Source of the DNA: an uncultured Thermococci archaeon
Lineage (GTDB): Archaea; Methanobacteriota_B; Thermococci; Thermococcales; Thermococcaceae
DNA: 33,516 bases
Direction of reading: 5' to 3'
NCBI GenBank assembly: GCA_964399725.1
Contig: CAYNRW010000003.1
Location: 1 to 33,516 of the forward strand
Below the pieces are notes generated by a model. That model was not told the origin of the DNA and did no database searches. It saw nothing but the letters and a program-made list of their open reading frames with translations. A program made the translations under genes and the position numbers. Numbering within the stretch: the first letter of the stretch is position 1; each line of letters begins with the position of its first letter. Below, in pieces: positions 20,050 to 30,832 of this stretch.

Positions 20050-20418
20050 TCACCTCTTTTTCAATCTCATCTCAGGTCTTCCAATTAATTCTTCGCCCTT
20101 TATTCGTATTTTTCTATCGTCAATTTCAAACTCAAATTCAGCAACATTCTTGGGAACTACCCATACCTTCTCCCCAAGGATTGTGAGGGTGTTTCTCGTC
20201 TCGTCAATCACGTATCCCTCAATACCTATCAACCCTGGATGAGAGCTTTTGATGACCTTAACTTTTAAGCCTATGAGCTCGTGCATTGCTATTGTTCTTC
20301 TTGTCACTCGACCTCTATCAATTCCTCTGAAAATCCAAGTTCTGCCAATAAGCGCTTCGCCTTTTCTCTGTGGTCTCCTTGAAGCTCTATTCTTCCGTTT
20401 TTTGCCGTTCCTCCGCAT
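20050..20418 (-). CDS. rnp1: Ribonuclease P protein component 1 (Rpp29/Pop4)
   Basis: [32 protein letters not shown]. The start is uncertain because the N-terminus overlaps sui1. Confidence 0.93.
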   Translation of the reverse strand: MRRNGKKRKNRASRRPQRKGEALIGRTWIFRGIDRGRVTRRTIAMHELIGLKVKVIKSSHPGLIGIEGYVIDETRNTLTILGEKVWVVPKNVAEFEFEIDDRKIRIKGEELIGRPEMRLKKR

Positions 20419-20603
20419 GCCAGTTTCGCCTTAAGCTTTTTTGCAATTTCTTCAAGGTTAAACTCCTTCTCATCGATTCCCTCTATTATGGTCTTGAGCT
20501 TTCCATAACGAGCCTTCTCAATGTAAACTCTAATCCTTTGCTGTTCCTTTAACACCTCTTTAAACAACATTTCATCCAGGGGGTTCACAATCCTAGGCAC
20601 CAA
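20304..20603 (-). CDS. sui1: Translation initiation factor aIF1 (SUI1 homolog)
   Basis: [29 protein letters not shown]. Confidence 0.96.
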   Translation of the reverse strand: MVPRIVNPLDEMLFKEVLKEQQRIRVYIEKARYGKLKTIIEGIDEKEFNLEEIAKKLKAKLACGGTAKNGRIELQGDHREKAKRLLAELGFSEELIEVE

Positions 20604-20606
20604 CCA

Positions 20607-20807
20607 TCACCTTTTACTCCTCAACTTTTCTTTTTTTATTGTTAAGAGACGAGCAATATCCCGCCTAAGGTTCCTAATAACCATCGGGTTTTCTAAAGAG
20701 GTTCCCATTGTGAGCATCCCTCTTTCTTTTGCAAGCTCAAGCCTTAACTCCCTGATTTTGGCTTCAATCTCTTCCACGCTCATCTCTCTAATCTCGCTTG
20801 GCTTCAT
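20607..20807 (-). CDS. rpl29: 50S ribosomal protein L29 (uL29)
   Basis: [24 protein letters not shown]. Confidence 0.98.
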   Translation of the reverse strand: MKPSEIREMSVEEIEAKIRELRLELAKERGMLTMGTSLENPMVIRNLRRDIARLLTIKKEKLRSKR

Positions 20808-21427
20808 TGTTCGCTCACCTCTTCTTCGATTGGTTTTTCTGCAATTTCAATCTCATCTGGAAGTCTTGCATCTGGTGGCATAATTGAGACCTTAACTCCG
20901 AGGACGCCGAGTTTGAGTAATGCCTGTGCATAGCCTCTTGAAACCAAAGTTTCAGCGGGATTTCCAACTTTTGCAATATATCCTTGATAGAATCTAACAC
21001 TTTTAGCTCTTTCTCCTGTAAGCTTGCCGCTTATTCTGATCTCTACTCCTCTTGCGCCATTGTTCATAATTGCCCTTATTGCAGCGTATGCGGCTCTTCT
21101 AAAGTGGACTCCCCTCTCTAATGCTTGGGCTAGTCTTGTTGCTTGAACCTTAGCGTTAAAGTAGGGGTTCTTAATTTCTTCAACTTCTATCTGGGGGTTT
21201 TCCAAACCAAATTGCCTCTCTAGTATCCTTGTGAGCTCCCTTATTTTTCTTCCGCCTCTTCCGATAACGAAACCTGGTCTCTCGGCAAATATAACAACCT
21301 TTGTCCCAAGGGGAGTCTTCTTGATGTCAAGTCCACCATAGCCTGCTCTTCTAAGTTCTTTCTCAAGATATTCGTCGATGAGCATCTCCTTAATGCTTTC
21401 TTTTATGAAATATCTCTCGATTGCCAT
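20804..21427 (-). CDS. rps3: 30S ribosomal protein S3 (uS3)
   Basis: KH motif [19 protein letters not shown]. Confidence 0.98.
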   Translation of the reverse strand: MAIERYFIKESIKEMLIDEYLEKELRRAGYGGLDIKKTPLGTKVVIFAERPGFVIGRGGRKIRELTRILERQFGLENPQIEVEEIKNPYFNAKVQATRLAQALERGVHFRRAAYAAIRAIMNNGARGVEIRISGKLTGERAKSVRFYQGYIAKVGNPAETLVSRGYAQALLKLGVLGVKVSIMPPDARLPDEIEIAEKPIEEEVSEQ

Positions 21428-21431
21428 GAGC

Positions 21432-21896
21432 TCACCTCCTAATTTCCTCAACAACTATCTCGATGTGTGTTGTCTGCTCGTTGAATGGTGTGGCTCTTCC
21501 AAAAGCCCTTGGAATGTATCCCCTAAGCACTGGACCCCTGTGGGCTGCAGCGTGGATTATCTTCAATCTATCTGGGTCAAGACCCTTCTGTTCCGCGTTG
21601 TTTCTGGCATTGAGAAGAATCTTTTTGATTTCTTTGGCAACTTTTACTGGATATCTTCCTGGGCCAAAGCCTTTTCCTTTCTTGTGCCCTTGAGAGTCAT
21701 TAAACCTTCTAAGGGGGATAGGCTTTCTTTTGGCTATCACATCATCAAGGAGCTTTATAGCATCGTTGAGCATCATTCCCTTAATTTCCCTGCAAACTTC
21801 TACCGAAAGCTTCGGAGACATTCTCAAGTCTCTCCCGCTTGCTTTTGCCATTCTCTCTGGATCAAAATTTTGGAAAGAGTAGGAAAACTTTGCCAT
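21432..21896 (-). CDS. rpl22: 50S ribosomal protein L22 (uL22)
   Basis: [23 protein letters not shown]. Confidence 0.98.
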   Translation of the reverse strand: MAKFSYSFQNFDPERMAKASGRDLRMSPKLSVEVCREIKGMMLNDAIKLLDDVIAKRKPIPLRRFNDSQGHKKGKGFGPGRYPVKVAKEIKKILLNARNNAEQKGLDPDRLKIIHAAAHRGPVLRGYIPRAFGRATPFNEQTTHIEIVVEEIRR

Positions 21897-21907
21897 TCCC
21901 AATCACC

Positions 21908-22306
21908 TCACTTGATTGCAACGAACATTGATGATCTTGTAGCACCAACACCAGGTGCTCCGTGCTGGACTCTCTTTCTCGTTAGGGCAAATTCTCCAAG
22001 GTAATGACCAATCATCTCTTCTTTAATCTCTATTGGAACAAACTCCTTACCATTGTGGACGTAAATCGTGATTCCGACCATTTCTGGAAGGATGATCATG
22101 TCCCTGCTGTGGGTCCTTATGGGCTTCTTGTATTTACCTCTCTTGGCTAGTCTAATCTTTCTGAGAAGCTTTTTCTGTTCAGGTGTTAGACCGCGTTTAA
22201 GGCTTCTCCTTTGTCTTGAAGGGAAAAGCCTAGCCAAATCTTCAAGAGACATGTTCATGAGTTCCTCGAGAGTGTAACCACGATATCTAAATTCTTTTCT
22301 TGCCAT
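21908..22306 (-). CDS. rps19: 30S ribosomal protein S19 (uS19)
   Basis: [25 protein letters not shown]. Confidence 0.98.
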   Translation of the reverse strand: MARKEFRYRGYTLEELMNMSLEDLARLFPSRQRRSLKRGLTPEQKKLLRKIRLAKRGKYKKPIRTHSRDMIILPEMVGITIYVHNGKEFVPIEIKEEMIGHYLGEFALTRKRVQHGAPGVGATRSSMFVAIK

Positions 22307-22316
22307 TTATACCACC

Positions 22317-23036
22317 TCACTTTCTCCTTCCAGTTCTTCTCGCAGCTATATGGCCGACTTTTCTTCCCGGCGGGGCTCTCCTTGAAACTGTACTTGGCTT
22401 ACCAATGTGGTGCTCTTTACCACCGTGTGGGTGGTTAACCGCGTTCATCTTTACACCTCTTGGCTTGGGCCAGAACCTGTTTCTTGCCTTCATTATGTAG
22501 TATGCCTTACCTGCCTTGACTATTGGCTTTTCAAGCCTTCCTCCACCAGCAACCACGCCAATTGTTGCCCTGCACATTGGGTTGAATGCCTTAAGCTCAC
22601 CACTTGGTAACTGAACAATTACCCTGTTCTTCTCTTTTGAAACAACTAGAGCATAGCTTCCTCCGGCCCTCACGTACTTTCCACCATCACCTGGAGCGCC
22701 CTCAATATTGTAAACGTATGTACCCTCCGGAATCTTTGCAAGGGGAAGTGTGTTTCCAATTGCTATCGGAGCCTCGGGACCAATATAAACTTCCTGGTCA
22801 ACCAAAAGTCCCTCTGGGGCGAGGATGAGCTTCTCAAGACCGCTCTCAAACCTGACCTTAGCAACCGGTGCAGTTCTTCCCGGGTCGTGAAGTATCTCAA
22901 CTACTCTGCCAACAAGGGTCTTTTCTTGGGTGAAATTCAGAGGAATATACTTAACTGCTCCCCTATACCTATGAGACGGTGCTCTGAAAGTTGTTGTCCC
23001 TTTTCCTCTCCTCTGTTGAATTAAACTCTTACCCAT
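22317..23036 (-). CDS. rpl2: 50S ribosomal protein L2 (uL2)
   Basis: [18 protein letters not shown]. Confidence 0.98.
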   Translation of the reverse strand: MGKSLIQQRRGKGTTTFRAPSHRYRGAVKYIPLNFTQEKTLVGRVVEILHDPGRTAPVAKVRFESGLEKLILAPEGLLVDQEVYIGPEAPIAIGNTLPLAKIPEGTYVYNIEGAPGDGGKYVRAGGSYALVVSKEKNRVIVQLPSGELKAFNPMCRATIGVVAGGGRLEKPIVKAGKAYYIMKARNRFWPKPRGVKMNAVNHPHGGKEHHIGKPSTVSRRAPPGRKVGHIAARRTGRRK

Positions 23037-23047
23037 TCTCACTCACC

Positions 23048-23308
23048 TCAGAACAATCCTATTCTAGCAGCAACCTCACTTGCGCTATATTCAGGCTTCA
23101 ATTTCACATAAGCCTTCTTTTCACCTTTCATTGTTATAAGCGTGTTAACCTTCTCAACTTTGACGTTGTATATTTCCTCGACGGCTCTCTTTATATCTTG
23201 CTTCGTGGCTCTCCTATCGACTATAAAGGTGAGCTTGTTTTCTCTCTCAACCATGGATATTGCCTTTTCTGTAACCACAGGCCGTATAATAACCTTATAT
23301 GGATCCAT
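23048..23308 (-). CDS. rpl23: 50S ribosomal protein L23 (uL23)
   Basis: PVVTEKA, KVNTLI, KKAYVKL. Confidence 0.98.
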   Translation of the reverse strand: MDPYKVIIRPVVTEKAISMVERENKLTFIVDRRATKQDIKRAVEEIYNVKVEKVNTLITMKGEKKAYVKLKPEYSASEVAARIGLF

Positions 23309-23314
23309 CACTCA

Positions 23315-24082
23315 TCACCCATAAATCTCCCTTAATCTCTCTATTGCTCCCTTTGTCCATATCGTGAGCCTTCCAGGATGTGCACCTGGGGCCAACAGCT
23401 CTACACCCAAATTGTCTACTAAAACCACGTCAACACCTGGGTGGTTCCTTGCACCCTGAACTATTCCCTCATTTTTGGCAACTACGATAAGTGGACCTTT
23501 TGCTTTCTTGTACCTTCTGCCCCTCATCTTACCCTTTCCGGCTCTCACTTTGGTGTTTTTCTTCGCCCTTTCAATGTCGTTCCAAACGCCGAGCTTCTTG
23601 AAGACCTCTCTAGTTTTTGCCGTCTTGTAAATCTTCTCCAATTCGTCTTCCACTACAAGGGGAACTTGAGGTAGGTTATCAATTATATGACCCCTTGCTC
23701 TAACCAAATCATAGTTTGCAGTGGCAGCTATGGCGCTCATCAAAGCAAGTTTTCTTTCCTTCTTGTTTATATCTTCCCATATTATCTTCTCAACTTTTGG
23801 TGGGTGTGTTCTCCTTCCACCTCTGGCAAAGGGAACAAACGCTGCAAACCTTGGGGAGGTCTTTATCCTTTCAACTCTTGCCATGCCGTGACCTTTTCCA
23901 ATATTTTCTGTAACTCTCCTCTTACCTGCCAGGGGATCTCTCCCCTGAGGCTGTATGCGATGTGTCCATGAGGCGATGACAGCCCTTCTAATGAGGTCTG
24001 GTCTGAAAGGTGTTTGGAATACCCTTGGAAGTTCAATTTCCTCAATTGGCTCGCCATCGAGTGAAAATACCTTAACTTTCAT
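23315..24082 (-). CDS. rpl4: 50S ribosomal protein L4 (uL4)
   Basis: [28 protein letters not shown]. Confidence 0.98.
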   Translation of the reverse strand: MKVKVFSLDGEPIEEIELPRVFQTPFRPDLIRRAVIASWTHRIQPQGRDPLAGKRRVTENIGKGHGMARVERIKTSPRFAAFVPFARGGRRTHPPKVEKIIWEDINKKERKLALMSAIAATANYDLVRARGHIIDNLPQVPLVVEDELEKIYKTAKTREVFKKLGVWNDIERAKKNTKVRAGKGKMRGRRYKKAKGPLIVVAKNEGIVQGARNHPGVDVVLVDNLGVELLAPGAHPGRLTIWTKGAIERLREIYG

Positions 24083-24093
24083 AAACCCTCACC

Positions 24094-25179
24094 TCATTGT
24101 TTTGATTCTCTACTAACGTATGTGATTTGTGGAGCCTCAACAGGAGGTTTCTTTGCTGGAGGCCTTATTGCTGGTCTCACTCTGATTATTCTCTTTATAG
24201 CACCAGGAACAGTTCCAGCGATCATTAGGAAATCATTTCTCACTATTCCGTAGTGTGGGAATCCTCCCTTTGGAGTGATCTCGATTTCTTCTCCATCAAG
24301 CTTCAATTTCCCGTTTTCTCCTATTCTTAAGAGTCTCTTATTGAATTCAGTTCTGTGATGGAAGCCCATCTGTCCAGCTTGTGGAACCGTCCACATAACT
24401 CTTGCCGGATGCCACGGACCGAGGTTACCGACATGTCTTGCCTTTCCAGCCCTCTGAGCCTTGTGGAACTGGATCTTGATACCCCATCTCTTAACTGGGC
24501 CTTGGGTGCCCTTGCCCTTTGTGACGGCTATGACGTCAAGAAGCTCCCCTTCCTTAAGCACTTCACTTGCTCTAAGTTCCTTTCCAAGCTTCTCCTTGAT
24601 GTAGGCGAATTTCTCCTCAACGCTTGTTCCCCCAACAGCGTACTCCATAACTTCGGGCTTCTTCTTTATTCTTGCGAGCCACGGCTGAGTTGCCACAAGG
24701 GCTCTAACTTCAACTATTTCTCCGGACTTAACAAGATCTTCAAGCTCCCCAAGCTTTTGCTGAAAGGTTTCCTCGTTATAGTTCTTTGGAAGGGTTTTAA
24801 TTCTTCTCTCAAGGAGTTTGTAGAATGTAACGTTCTTTGCTTTCTTTGATGGATAATTTTCGAGCTTGAAATCTGGGATCATGACCTCAGTCGCAGTTTC
24901 GAGTCCTAGGTAACCCTGCTTATAAGCCCTGAGTCCATAGACTATCAATGGTGGGGCTTCAACTATCGTTGCTGGCATGAATATTTCCTTGCCCTTTGTA
25001 AGCCCCGGAGCATCGTCTATCATAAGTACATGAGTCATTCCAGCCTTGTATCCTGCAAATCCAAGCATTCTAACCTCCTGTTCCTGCGGCCACTTTCTAA
25101 TTCTTGGGACTATGCTCTTGGCTCTTTTTCTTGGGGAATATGCCAATGAACCTCTTCTTGGTTTGCTAATTTTTCCCAT
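24094..25179 (-). CDS. rpl3: 50S ribosomal protein L3 (uL3)
   Basis: [47 protein letters not shown]. Confidence 0.98.
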   Translation of the reverse strand: MGKISKPRRGSLAYSPRKRAKSIVPRIRKWPQEQEVRMLGFAGYKAGMTHVLMIDDAPGLTKGKEIFMPATIVEAPPLIVYGLRAYKQGYLGLETATEVMIPDFKLENYPSKKAKNVTFYKLLERRIKTLPKNYNEETFQQKLGELEDLVKSGEIVEVRALVATQPWLARIKKKPEVMEYAVGGTSVEEKFAYIKEKLGKELRASEVLKEGELLDVIAVTKGKGTQGPVKRWGIKIQFHKAQRAGKARHVGNLGPWHPARVMWTVPQAGQMGFHHRTEFNKRLLRIGENGKLKLDGEEIEITPKGGFPHYGIVRNDFLMIAGTVPGAIKRIIRVRPAIRPPAKKPPVEAPQITYVSRESKQ

Positions 25180-25180
25180 T

Positions 25181-25957
25181 TCAATCCCTCCTTATGAAAT
25201 TAAATATCGCCAATGTCGCCAACACGGCTTCCTCCGTTCTAACGGTCTTTGTCTTTTGATTTGGAATCGTATTGAGGATTAGATCAAAGGGATAATCCTC
25301 ATTAAACTCTCTCAGGATCTCCATTATTCCTTTTCTGGGAGATCCAAACACGAATCCCACTTCCCCCTCCAAGGGGGGAAGGTTCACTTTTCTCACATCC
25401 TCACCCTTTCGTGAGGTCGCGATTGCAAGGTTGAGTTTTGCCTTTTTAAGTGTTTTTGCCAATGACTTTCTAGTAAGATGCACTCGGTATCCCCAATATT
25501 CCTCCGGTTTTGAGGGTACTACCTTGAGTGGCTTCAGAGACACGATTTTGAATGTCATCCTCCCTTCTCCACTTCCCTCCATGAGGGCAAGCTCATCAAG
25601 GCCAATGTCTGCATACACCCTCTTCCCCTTTCTGATTACAATGCCCTCCCTGATTTCACCGAGCTTGGGTTTTCCTTTGAGCTTGTGATGTGGGGTTCTT
25701 AGGGGTGGTAAGACCCCAACATATTTGAGCTCCTTGCTGAGGGGTATTAGGGCCTTTCTCAGATACTGCGGTGTTTCCATATATTCCAACACAAGTTTAA
25801 TGAATTTCCCGTCTTTTCCGCCTGCCTTATAAATCCATATGTGCTCAACACCGAAGATCGCTGCAGCCCTGCCAATTTGTCCGACTTTGTACGTCCTTAT
25901 TTTTGGATCAGATGTATCCTCAAGGAGCGAATCTGGAATAAAGATATGCCACGCCAT
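25181..25957 (-). CDS. SPOUT-class RNA methyltransferase (COG2106, C9orf114/SPOUT1-like)
   Basis: [53 protein letters not shown] knot motif. Confidence 0.9.
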   Translation of the reverse strand: MAWHIFIPDSLLEDTSDPKIRTYKVGQIGRAAAIFGVEHIWIYKAGGKDGKFIKLVLEYMETPQYLRKALIPLSKELKYVGVLPPLRTPHHKLKGKPKLGEIREGIVIRKGKRVYADIGLDELALMEGSGEGRMTFKIVSLKPLKVVPSKPEEYWGYRVHLTRKSLAKTLKKAKLNLAIATSRKGEDVRKVNLPPLEGEVGFVFGSPRKGIMEILREFNEDYPFDLILNTIPNQKTKTVRTEEAVLATLAIFNFIRRD

Positions 25958-26012
25958 TTCAGTCAGCCTTTACATTTCTATACCCTAAAGCTGTAGTGGG
26001 GTAAAAAGAAAG

Positions 26013-26029
26013 TATTTAAAAGGCTTTCG
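26013..26029 (-). promoter_or_regulatory. BRE/TATA at the head of the ribosomal superoperon
   Basis: Minus strand CGAAAGCC-TTTTAAATA about 55 nt upstream of the SPOUT ATG. Confidence 0.7.
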
Positions 26030-26080
26030 AACCATTCCACCCTTCTGCATCTTCAAAAGTGTGAAAAATTTTTGCAAAGA

Positions 26081-26527
26081 CTATTTCACAATATCCTCTA
26101 TAGCGTTTATAATATTATGAATATTGCTTTTAACTTCTTCACTAAGCTCGATTCCCAATTCAACCTCTTTAGCCACAATTCCAACAAAATGAATCTCTGC
26201 TTTGGCTAATCGGGCATCAATGGCCATCAAAAGCTTGAGTCCATCAATAGCCCCCATAAAATGCGCACTTCTTATTTCCGCCTTAAGTTTTTCAAAAACT
26301 TCCTCTCCTTTTAGATGAATCATTTCTCCGGGTTTATACTTGTCCGTCAGTATTGCATCAACTATTATTATCTTTTCTTCTCCGTTATAATAGCGGTGAA
26401 GCTTGAATATATCCGTCCCAATTTCAAGGACATTGTAGCCTTTTTTTGCTAGGATTCTACCAATCTTCAGCCCCACACCATCATCTCTCATTAGTTCATT
26501 ACCAAGAGCCAGGATCAAAGTGCCCAT
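26081..26527 (-). CDS. Hydrogenase maturation endopeptidase (HycI/HyaD family)
   Basis: LALGNELMRDDGVG, IIVDA and RSAH motifs; directly downstream of the large subunit. Confidence 0.93.
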   Translation of the reverse strand: MGTLILALGNELMRDDGVGLKIGRILAKKGYNVLEIGTDIFKLHRYYNGEEKIIIVDAILTDKYKPGEMIHLKGEEVFEKLKAEIRSAHFMGAIDGLKLLMAIDARLAKAEIHFVGIVAKEVELGIELSEEVKSNIHNIINAIEDIVK

Positions 26528-26567
26528 ATTCCCACCAACAAAAATTGAGAAGACGAAGTTAAAAAGA

Positions 26568-27848
26568 TTAAAGCCTAACAACGTGAACTGAACAGGAGAT
26601 GCATGGATCATATGCTCTTACGGTCATTTCGGCAAGGAATTTAAGCCTTTCTGGATCATCTTGCCAGTGGTTTTCCGCCATCATTCTAACATGACGCTCT
26701 ATAATTGCAAGGTTCATTGCCGTTGGTGTTATTATGTCCGCATAGTTGACTTTCCCGTCTTTGACTTCAAGAGCATAAACGAGCAATCCTCTTGGAGCTT
26801 CGGTTATGCTCACGCCGAATCCGTTCCTTATTTCAACCTCGTCCCTTTCTTTTATTGGCCACTTTGCAAGGGTGTCATCAATTATGTCTATCGCCCTTTC
26901 CGCAAAGTAGACAAGCTCAAGTGCCTGAGCAAAGTTGTTTGCAAAGCAATTGTTATACCTAAGGAGGTCTTTGTATTGATTATAGATCTCCTTCGCTTTT
27001 CCATAGAGAAGACCAGCGTTGTTCACTATTCTCGAAATTGCACCTACCATAAAGGGCTTTCCTTTGTAGAACGAGTGCTTTGCAAAGCTATGTTCAACGA
27101 CTTTCTCAACTATGTGTTTTTTGTAATCTTCAACTGGGAACTCAAAGCCGTCGCTAACTTTAATGTAATCTCCATAAATTCCATAAACCTCGTTTCTTGG
27201 CTTTACTGCCATATGAACCATTTCATTGTCGGTTACCTCCTCATACTGTTCGAGCTTTGAGAAAAGCTCTACTGTATATTCAGCCAAAGGCAAGACTTCT
27301 TTCAGTTCTCTCTTTAGTTCCTCAAACTGGGCTTTTGTTGGAAGCTTTCCAAAGCCTCCAAGTATGGCATTCTCTTGATGAATCGCCCTTGAGCCGAGAT
27401 AGTCCATTATCTTTGAGCCGATGTTCTTAAGGGCCATCGCATACTCGATCTCTTTTCTGTATTTATCCACCATTGCCAACGGATTCGAGTAGCCTAGGTA
27501 ATCCGGAAGAACCAGGAGATAGAGATGCAAGACGTGGCTCTCTATCATATCACCTATATAGAGCAACTCCCTCAAGTCTTGAATTTCAGGCCTTGGAGTA
27601 AAGCCTATAGCCTTTTCAGCTGCTTCCAATGCCGTGAGCTTATGAGCTGCTGAACAGAATGAACAAACCCGTGGATAGATCGCTAATGCTTCGTCAAGTT
27701 TTTTGCCTAGTGTGATGGCCTCAAAAAACCTTGGACCCTCTATTATGTTAAGCTTGACCTCTTTAACGCCTTCATCACCTGTAACTATTTCTATCCCGCC
27801 TTTGCCCTCAACACGGGCTATGTGATCAACTGTAATTGGAATATACAT
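26568..27848 (-). CDS. hydA: Cytosolic group 3b NiFe hydrogenase (sulfhydrogenase I type), large alpha subunit
   Basis: ARVEGKG, L1 motif RVCSFCSAAH, EAPRG, L2 motif DPCISCSVH followed by a 4-residue cleavable tail VVRL. Confidence 0.97.
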   Translation of the reverse strand: MYIPITVDHIARVEGKGGIEIVTGDEGVKEVKLNIIEGPRFFEAITLGKKLDEALAIYPRVCSFCSAAHKLTALEAAEKAIGFTPRPEIQDLRELLYIGDMIESHVLHLYLLVLPDYLGYSNPLAMVDKYRKEIEYAMALKNIGSKIMDYLGSRAIHQENAILGGFGKLPTKAQFEELKRELKEVLPLAEYTVELFSKLEQYEEVTDNEMVHMAVKPRNEVYGIYGDYIKVSDGFEFPVEDYKKHIVEKVVEHSFAKHSFYKGKPFMVGAISRIVNNAGLLYGKAKEIYNQYKDLLRYNNCFANNFAQALELVYFAERAIDIIDDTLAKWPIKERDEVEIRNGFGVSITEAPRGLLVYALEVKDGKVNYADIITPTAMNLAIIERHVRMMAENHWQDDPERLKFLAEMTVRAYDPCISCSVHVVRL

Positions 27849-28636
27849 TATTCTCCCTCCTCAAATATCTTGTTAACCATTTCTTCAAGCTTTGGATTGT
27901 GGGCGTTGAAAATCTTCATTCTCTCAAGTATCTCCTCCTTTTTAAGGCCTTTCTTCTTGAATTCTAATGCCAGTGAGTCAAACCATGCAACGTCGTAGCC
28001 TATAGCACCCCTGCAACCGATGCACGCTATGCCATAGGCAGGACACCTAGCATCACATCCAGCAACTGTCACAGGACCAAGGCACGGTTCTCCCTTCTCT
28101 ATAAGAATACAGGGATTTCCTCTGAGTCTGCATTCAACACATACCGGATAGTCTATGTCCTCTGGCCATGAACCCACCAAGAATGTCCCCAATGCATAAA
28201 GGAAGTCCTTCTTTTCTGGTGGGCAACCGTAAAGCTTGTAGTCAACCTTAATGTACTTTTCCACTGGCTCAGCCATTTTTGGTTCAAATTTAACATGGGC
28301 ATCTCCATAAACAGTTTTCCAGAGTTCACTAAGTTCCTTATCCTTACCCCAACTCTGCACTCCACCATGAACCGCGCATGAGCCTACCGCTACGACTATT
28401 TTGGCCTTCTCTCGAATCTTCTTTACGAGCTCCACTTCCTCTTGAGTAGAAACGCTCCCTTCGATAAAGGCTATGTCAACCTCTCTGTCCTCATCACTGT
28501 CCCTGTCCACCATGAACCAACACTCTATCTCCACCCTGTCTAAGAGGCGGAGTATCTCATCCATCATGGCCATTTGGAGCTGACAGCCATAACATGAAGT
28601 TAAGGCATAAAACCCAATTCTAACTTTCTCGCTCAT
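27848..28636 (-). CDS. hydD: Group 3b hydrogenase small delta subunit
   Basis: [41 protein letters not shown]. Confidence 0.96.
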   Translation of the reverse strand: MSEKVRIGFYALTSCYGCQLQMAMMDEILRLLDRVEIECWFMVDRDSDEDREVDIAFIEGSVSTQEEVELVKKIREKAKIVVAVGSCAVHGGVQSWGKDKELSELWKTVYGDAHVKFEPKMAEPVEKYIKVDYKLYGCPPEKKDFLYALGTFLVGSWPEDIDYPVCVECRLRGNPCILIEKGEPCLGPVTVAGCDARCPAYGIACIGCRGAIGYDVAWFDSLALEFKKKGLKKEEILERMKIFNAHNPKLEEMVNKIFEEGE

Positions 28637-28646
28637 TCTTCTCACC

Positions 28647-29534
28647 TCAGTCCAGCAGTCCAGGGGTTGATATTATGTCGAAGTAGCCAAATACTGGCCC
28701 ATCTTTACATATGTACTTCCATGAGGTGCTTGTTCCAACATTGCAGTGACCGCATTTCCCTATTCCACACTTCATTTTTCTTTCAAGCGTTACGTAAATG
28801 TTCTCAGGTCTGTACCCATAGTTTATGAGGGACTCAAAGACAGCCTTATACATTCTTGGGGGACCACAAACTGCAACTGCTGTATTCTTAGGATTTGTGT
28901 TGGCCTCAACTATAAATTGCTGTGGTCTTCCCTTTAATCCGGGCCAATCGGGGTCTCTTGTGACGCTTTGGATTATTTTAACGTTCTCTGCCTCTGCTAG
29001 ATCTTTCATTGCCTCAAGCTCCTTGTAGAAGAGCAAATCCTTTCCATATCTGGCCGTGTTTATGAAGGTAATGTTTCCATACTTCCATCTGTTGTCCATT
29101 GCATATAGAAAGACACTTCTAAGGGGAGCCGTTCCAAGACCAGCTGCTATAAGGAGTAAATCCATTCCCTCCCATTCATCAACAGGAAATCCATTTCCGT
29201 AAGGCCCTCTAACTAAAACTGTGTCTCCAGGCTTGAGCTTGTGAACTACCGTTGTTACTCTACCTGCTTTTCTTATACAAAGCTCAAAGAAACCTCTCCT
29301 CATAGCAGAGGAACATATGCTAATTGGAACCTCACCTACACCAGGAATAGTAAGCTGGACAAACTGACCTGGCTTAAAAGTCCATTTCTCGGCTAGCTCT
29401 GGATCCTCAAAACGAAATAGGAACAGCTTTTCGGTGTCTGTGAGCTTGTAAACTTTGAGTACCTTTGCCTTGTGAAGAGCATATGGGTTCTCATTCGGCA
29501 TCATAATGTCTTTGGACACTTTAAGAGCTCTCAT
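28647..29534 (-). CDS. hydG: Group 3b hydrogenase gamma subunit (FAD/NAD(P), 2Fe-2S)
   Basis: [39 protein letters not shown]...CKDGPVF. Confidence 0.96.
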   Translation of the reverse strand: MRALKVSKDIMMPNENPYALHKAKVLKVYKLTDTEKLFLFRFEDPELAEKWTFKPGQFVQLTIPGVGEVPISICSSAMRRGFFELCIRKAGRVTTVVHKLKPGDTVLVRGPYGNGFPVDEWEGMDLLLIAAGLGTAPLRSVFLYAMDNRWKYGNITFINTARYGKDLLFYKELEAMKDLAEAENVKIIQSVTRDPDWPGLKGRPQQFIVEANTNPKNTAVAVCGPPRMYKAVFESLINYGYRPENIYVTLERKMKCGIGKCGHCNVGTSTSWKYICKDGPVFGYFDIISTPGLLD

Positions 29535-30634
29535 AGCTCCTCACCTCCGGCAGAAGTGCCGTATGCAAATCCTCTTTTCGGAATCTCCTCCGCAACTTCA
29601 GGTGGACATGACTTATCTTCAACTCCCATAATGGTCATTAGGTTCTTCACAAAACTTATTTCCGCTGGACAGAAGTATGTGCACCTTCCGCAACCCACAC
29701 AGTAGCTTATGCCAAGCTTCTCATTGTAGGAGTTTTTACAGAGATACCGGTTCATGAAACGACTCTTTTTAGTCGGCCTGAAGTTGTGATTGCCAGCAAC
29801 AAGACCATGACTCCTCAGCTGACATGAATCCCATCTTCTAATTCTAACTCCAGTATCTCCATCGAGATTCGGTATGTCTTGAACTTCATAACATCTGCAT
29901 GTTGGACAAACCATATTGCAGTTTCCGCATGCTAAGCAAAGCTTGCTCTGCTCATCCCACATGGGGTGCTCCATTTCCATCTCAAGCAAATATCTAAGGT
30001 TACCCCAATCCTCATGGTATTTGAACATTTGGTGCCTTTTGTTTTCAAACTTTCTGAAGTTGCATACATCCTGGCTCGTTACCTTTTCAAAGAGCTTTAT
30101 GTTTTTATCAACTATTCTATGTCCTTTTGGAGTGCCAACCCTTACCAGCCATCCGTCAGGGAGCTCATGAAGGAATAAGTCGAACCCATCGTCTGCAAAA
30201 TCCGTCTCCCTTAAATTACAGAAACAGTACTCATCTGGAACACAGCTAATGCCTATTATTATGCCTTTTTCCCTTCTAACCTTGTAATATTTGTCTGGAA
30301 GCTCATCCAAGTATATGCTGTCCATTATCTTAAGCCCGAAGATGTCACATGCGTGCACTCCAAAAACTACAAATGGTTCAACGTTTTCAATTACCTCCTT
30401 GTATTCCGCCTTTGAAATGCTGAATTCAAACATTTTCTCCCTTGGAAGGAAGAAGAACTTCTTCGGAGGCATTATCGTTCTGTTGTATTTAAACTCTATT
30501 TGTCTCACATCTTCAACTTCTCTGAAGTCATAGAACTTCTCTGAGATTTTTATTGGAGCGTAAAGTGTTCCCCAGTCTTTTAATCGCTCTAGGAACTCAT
30601 AAGTATTTTCCTTCGGCAACTTAACATACCTCAA
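29531..30634 (-). CDS. hydB: Group 3b hydrogenase beta subunit (4Fe-4S)
   Basis: [35 protein letters not shown] start after GAGGTG gives 367 aa. Confidence 0.96.
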   Translation of the reverse strand: MRYVKLPKENTYEFLERLKDWGTLYAPIKISEKFYDFREVEDVRQIEFKYNRTIMPPKKFFFLPREKMFEFSISKAEYKEVIENVEPFVVFGVHACDIFGLKIMDSIYLDELPDKYYKVRREKGIIIGISCVPDEYCFCNLRETDFADDGFDLFLHELPDGWLVRVGTPKGHRIVDKNIKLFEKVTSQDVCNFRKFENKRHQMFKYHEDWGNLRYLLEMEMEHPMWDEQSKLCLACGNCNMVCPTCRCYEVQDIPNLDGDTGVRIRRWDSCQLRSHGLVAGNHNFRPTKKSRFMNRYLCKNSYNEKLGISYCVGCGRCTYFCPAEISFVKNLMTIMGVEDKSCPPEVAEEIPKRGFAYGTSAGGEEL

Positions 30635-30710
30635 CTCCACCACCTCACTGATGTACACAAATAGCTCCAGTGAACATTTTTATTCATCCTCATTGAAAGC
30701 TTGTTTTGTG

Positions 30711-30754
30711 TATAAAAAAGCCTTTCTAAACCCTTAGATTTTTAACCAAAGGTT
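30711..30754 (-). promoter_or_regulatory. hyd operon BRE/TATA with adjacent SurR-like sites
   Basis: Minus strand GAAAGG-CTTTTTTATA. Plus strand ATT-TTT-AAC-CAAAG-GTT (30738-30754) is one mismatch from the SurR motif GTTn3AACn5GTT. Confidence 0.65.
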
Positions 30755-30832
30755 TAACACACTAAATTTGCCCAAAACACTTTGTTTGTCTATTCTTCAA
30801 ACAACAGAAACCCACATCAAAGTTCAAACAAA

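Noticed and set aside
26528-26611. N-terminal hydrophobic extension of the hydrogenase protease in the ORF track
   Set aside because: It overlaps the end of hydA. The family-typical start is the ATG at 26527, preceded by GGTGG.
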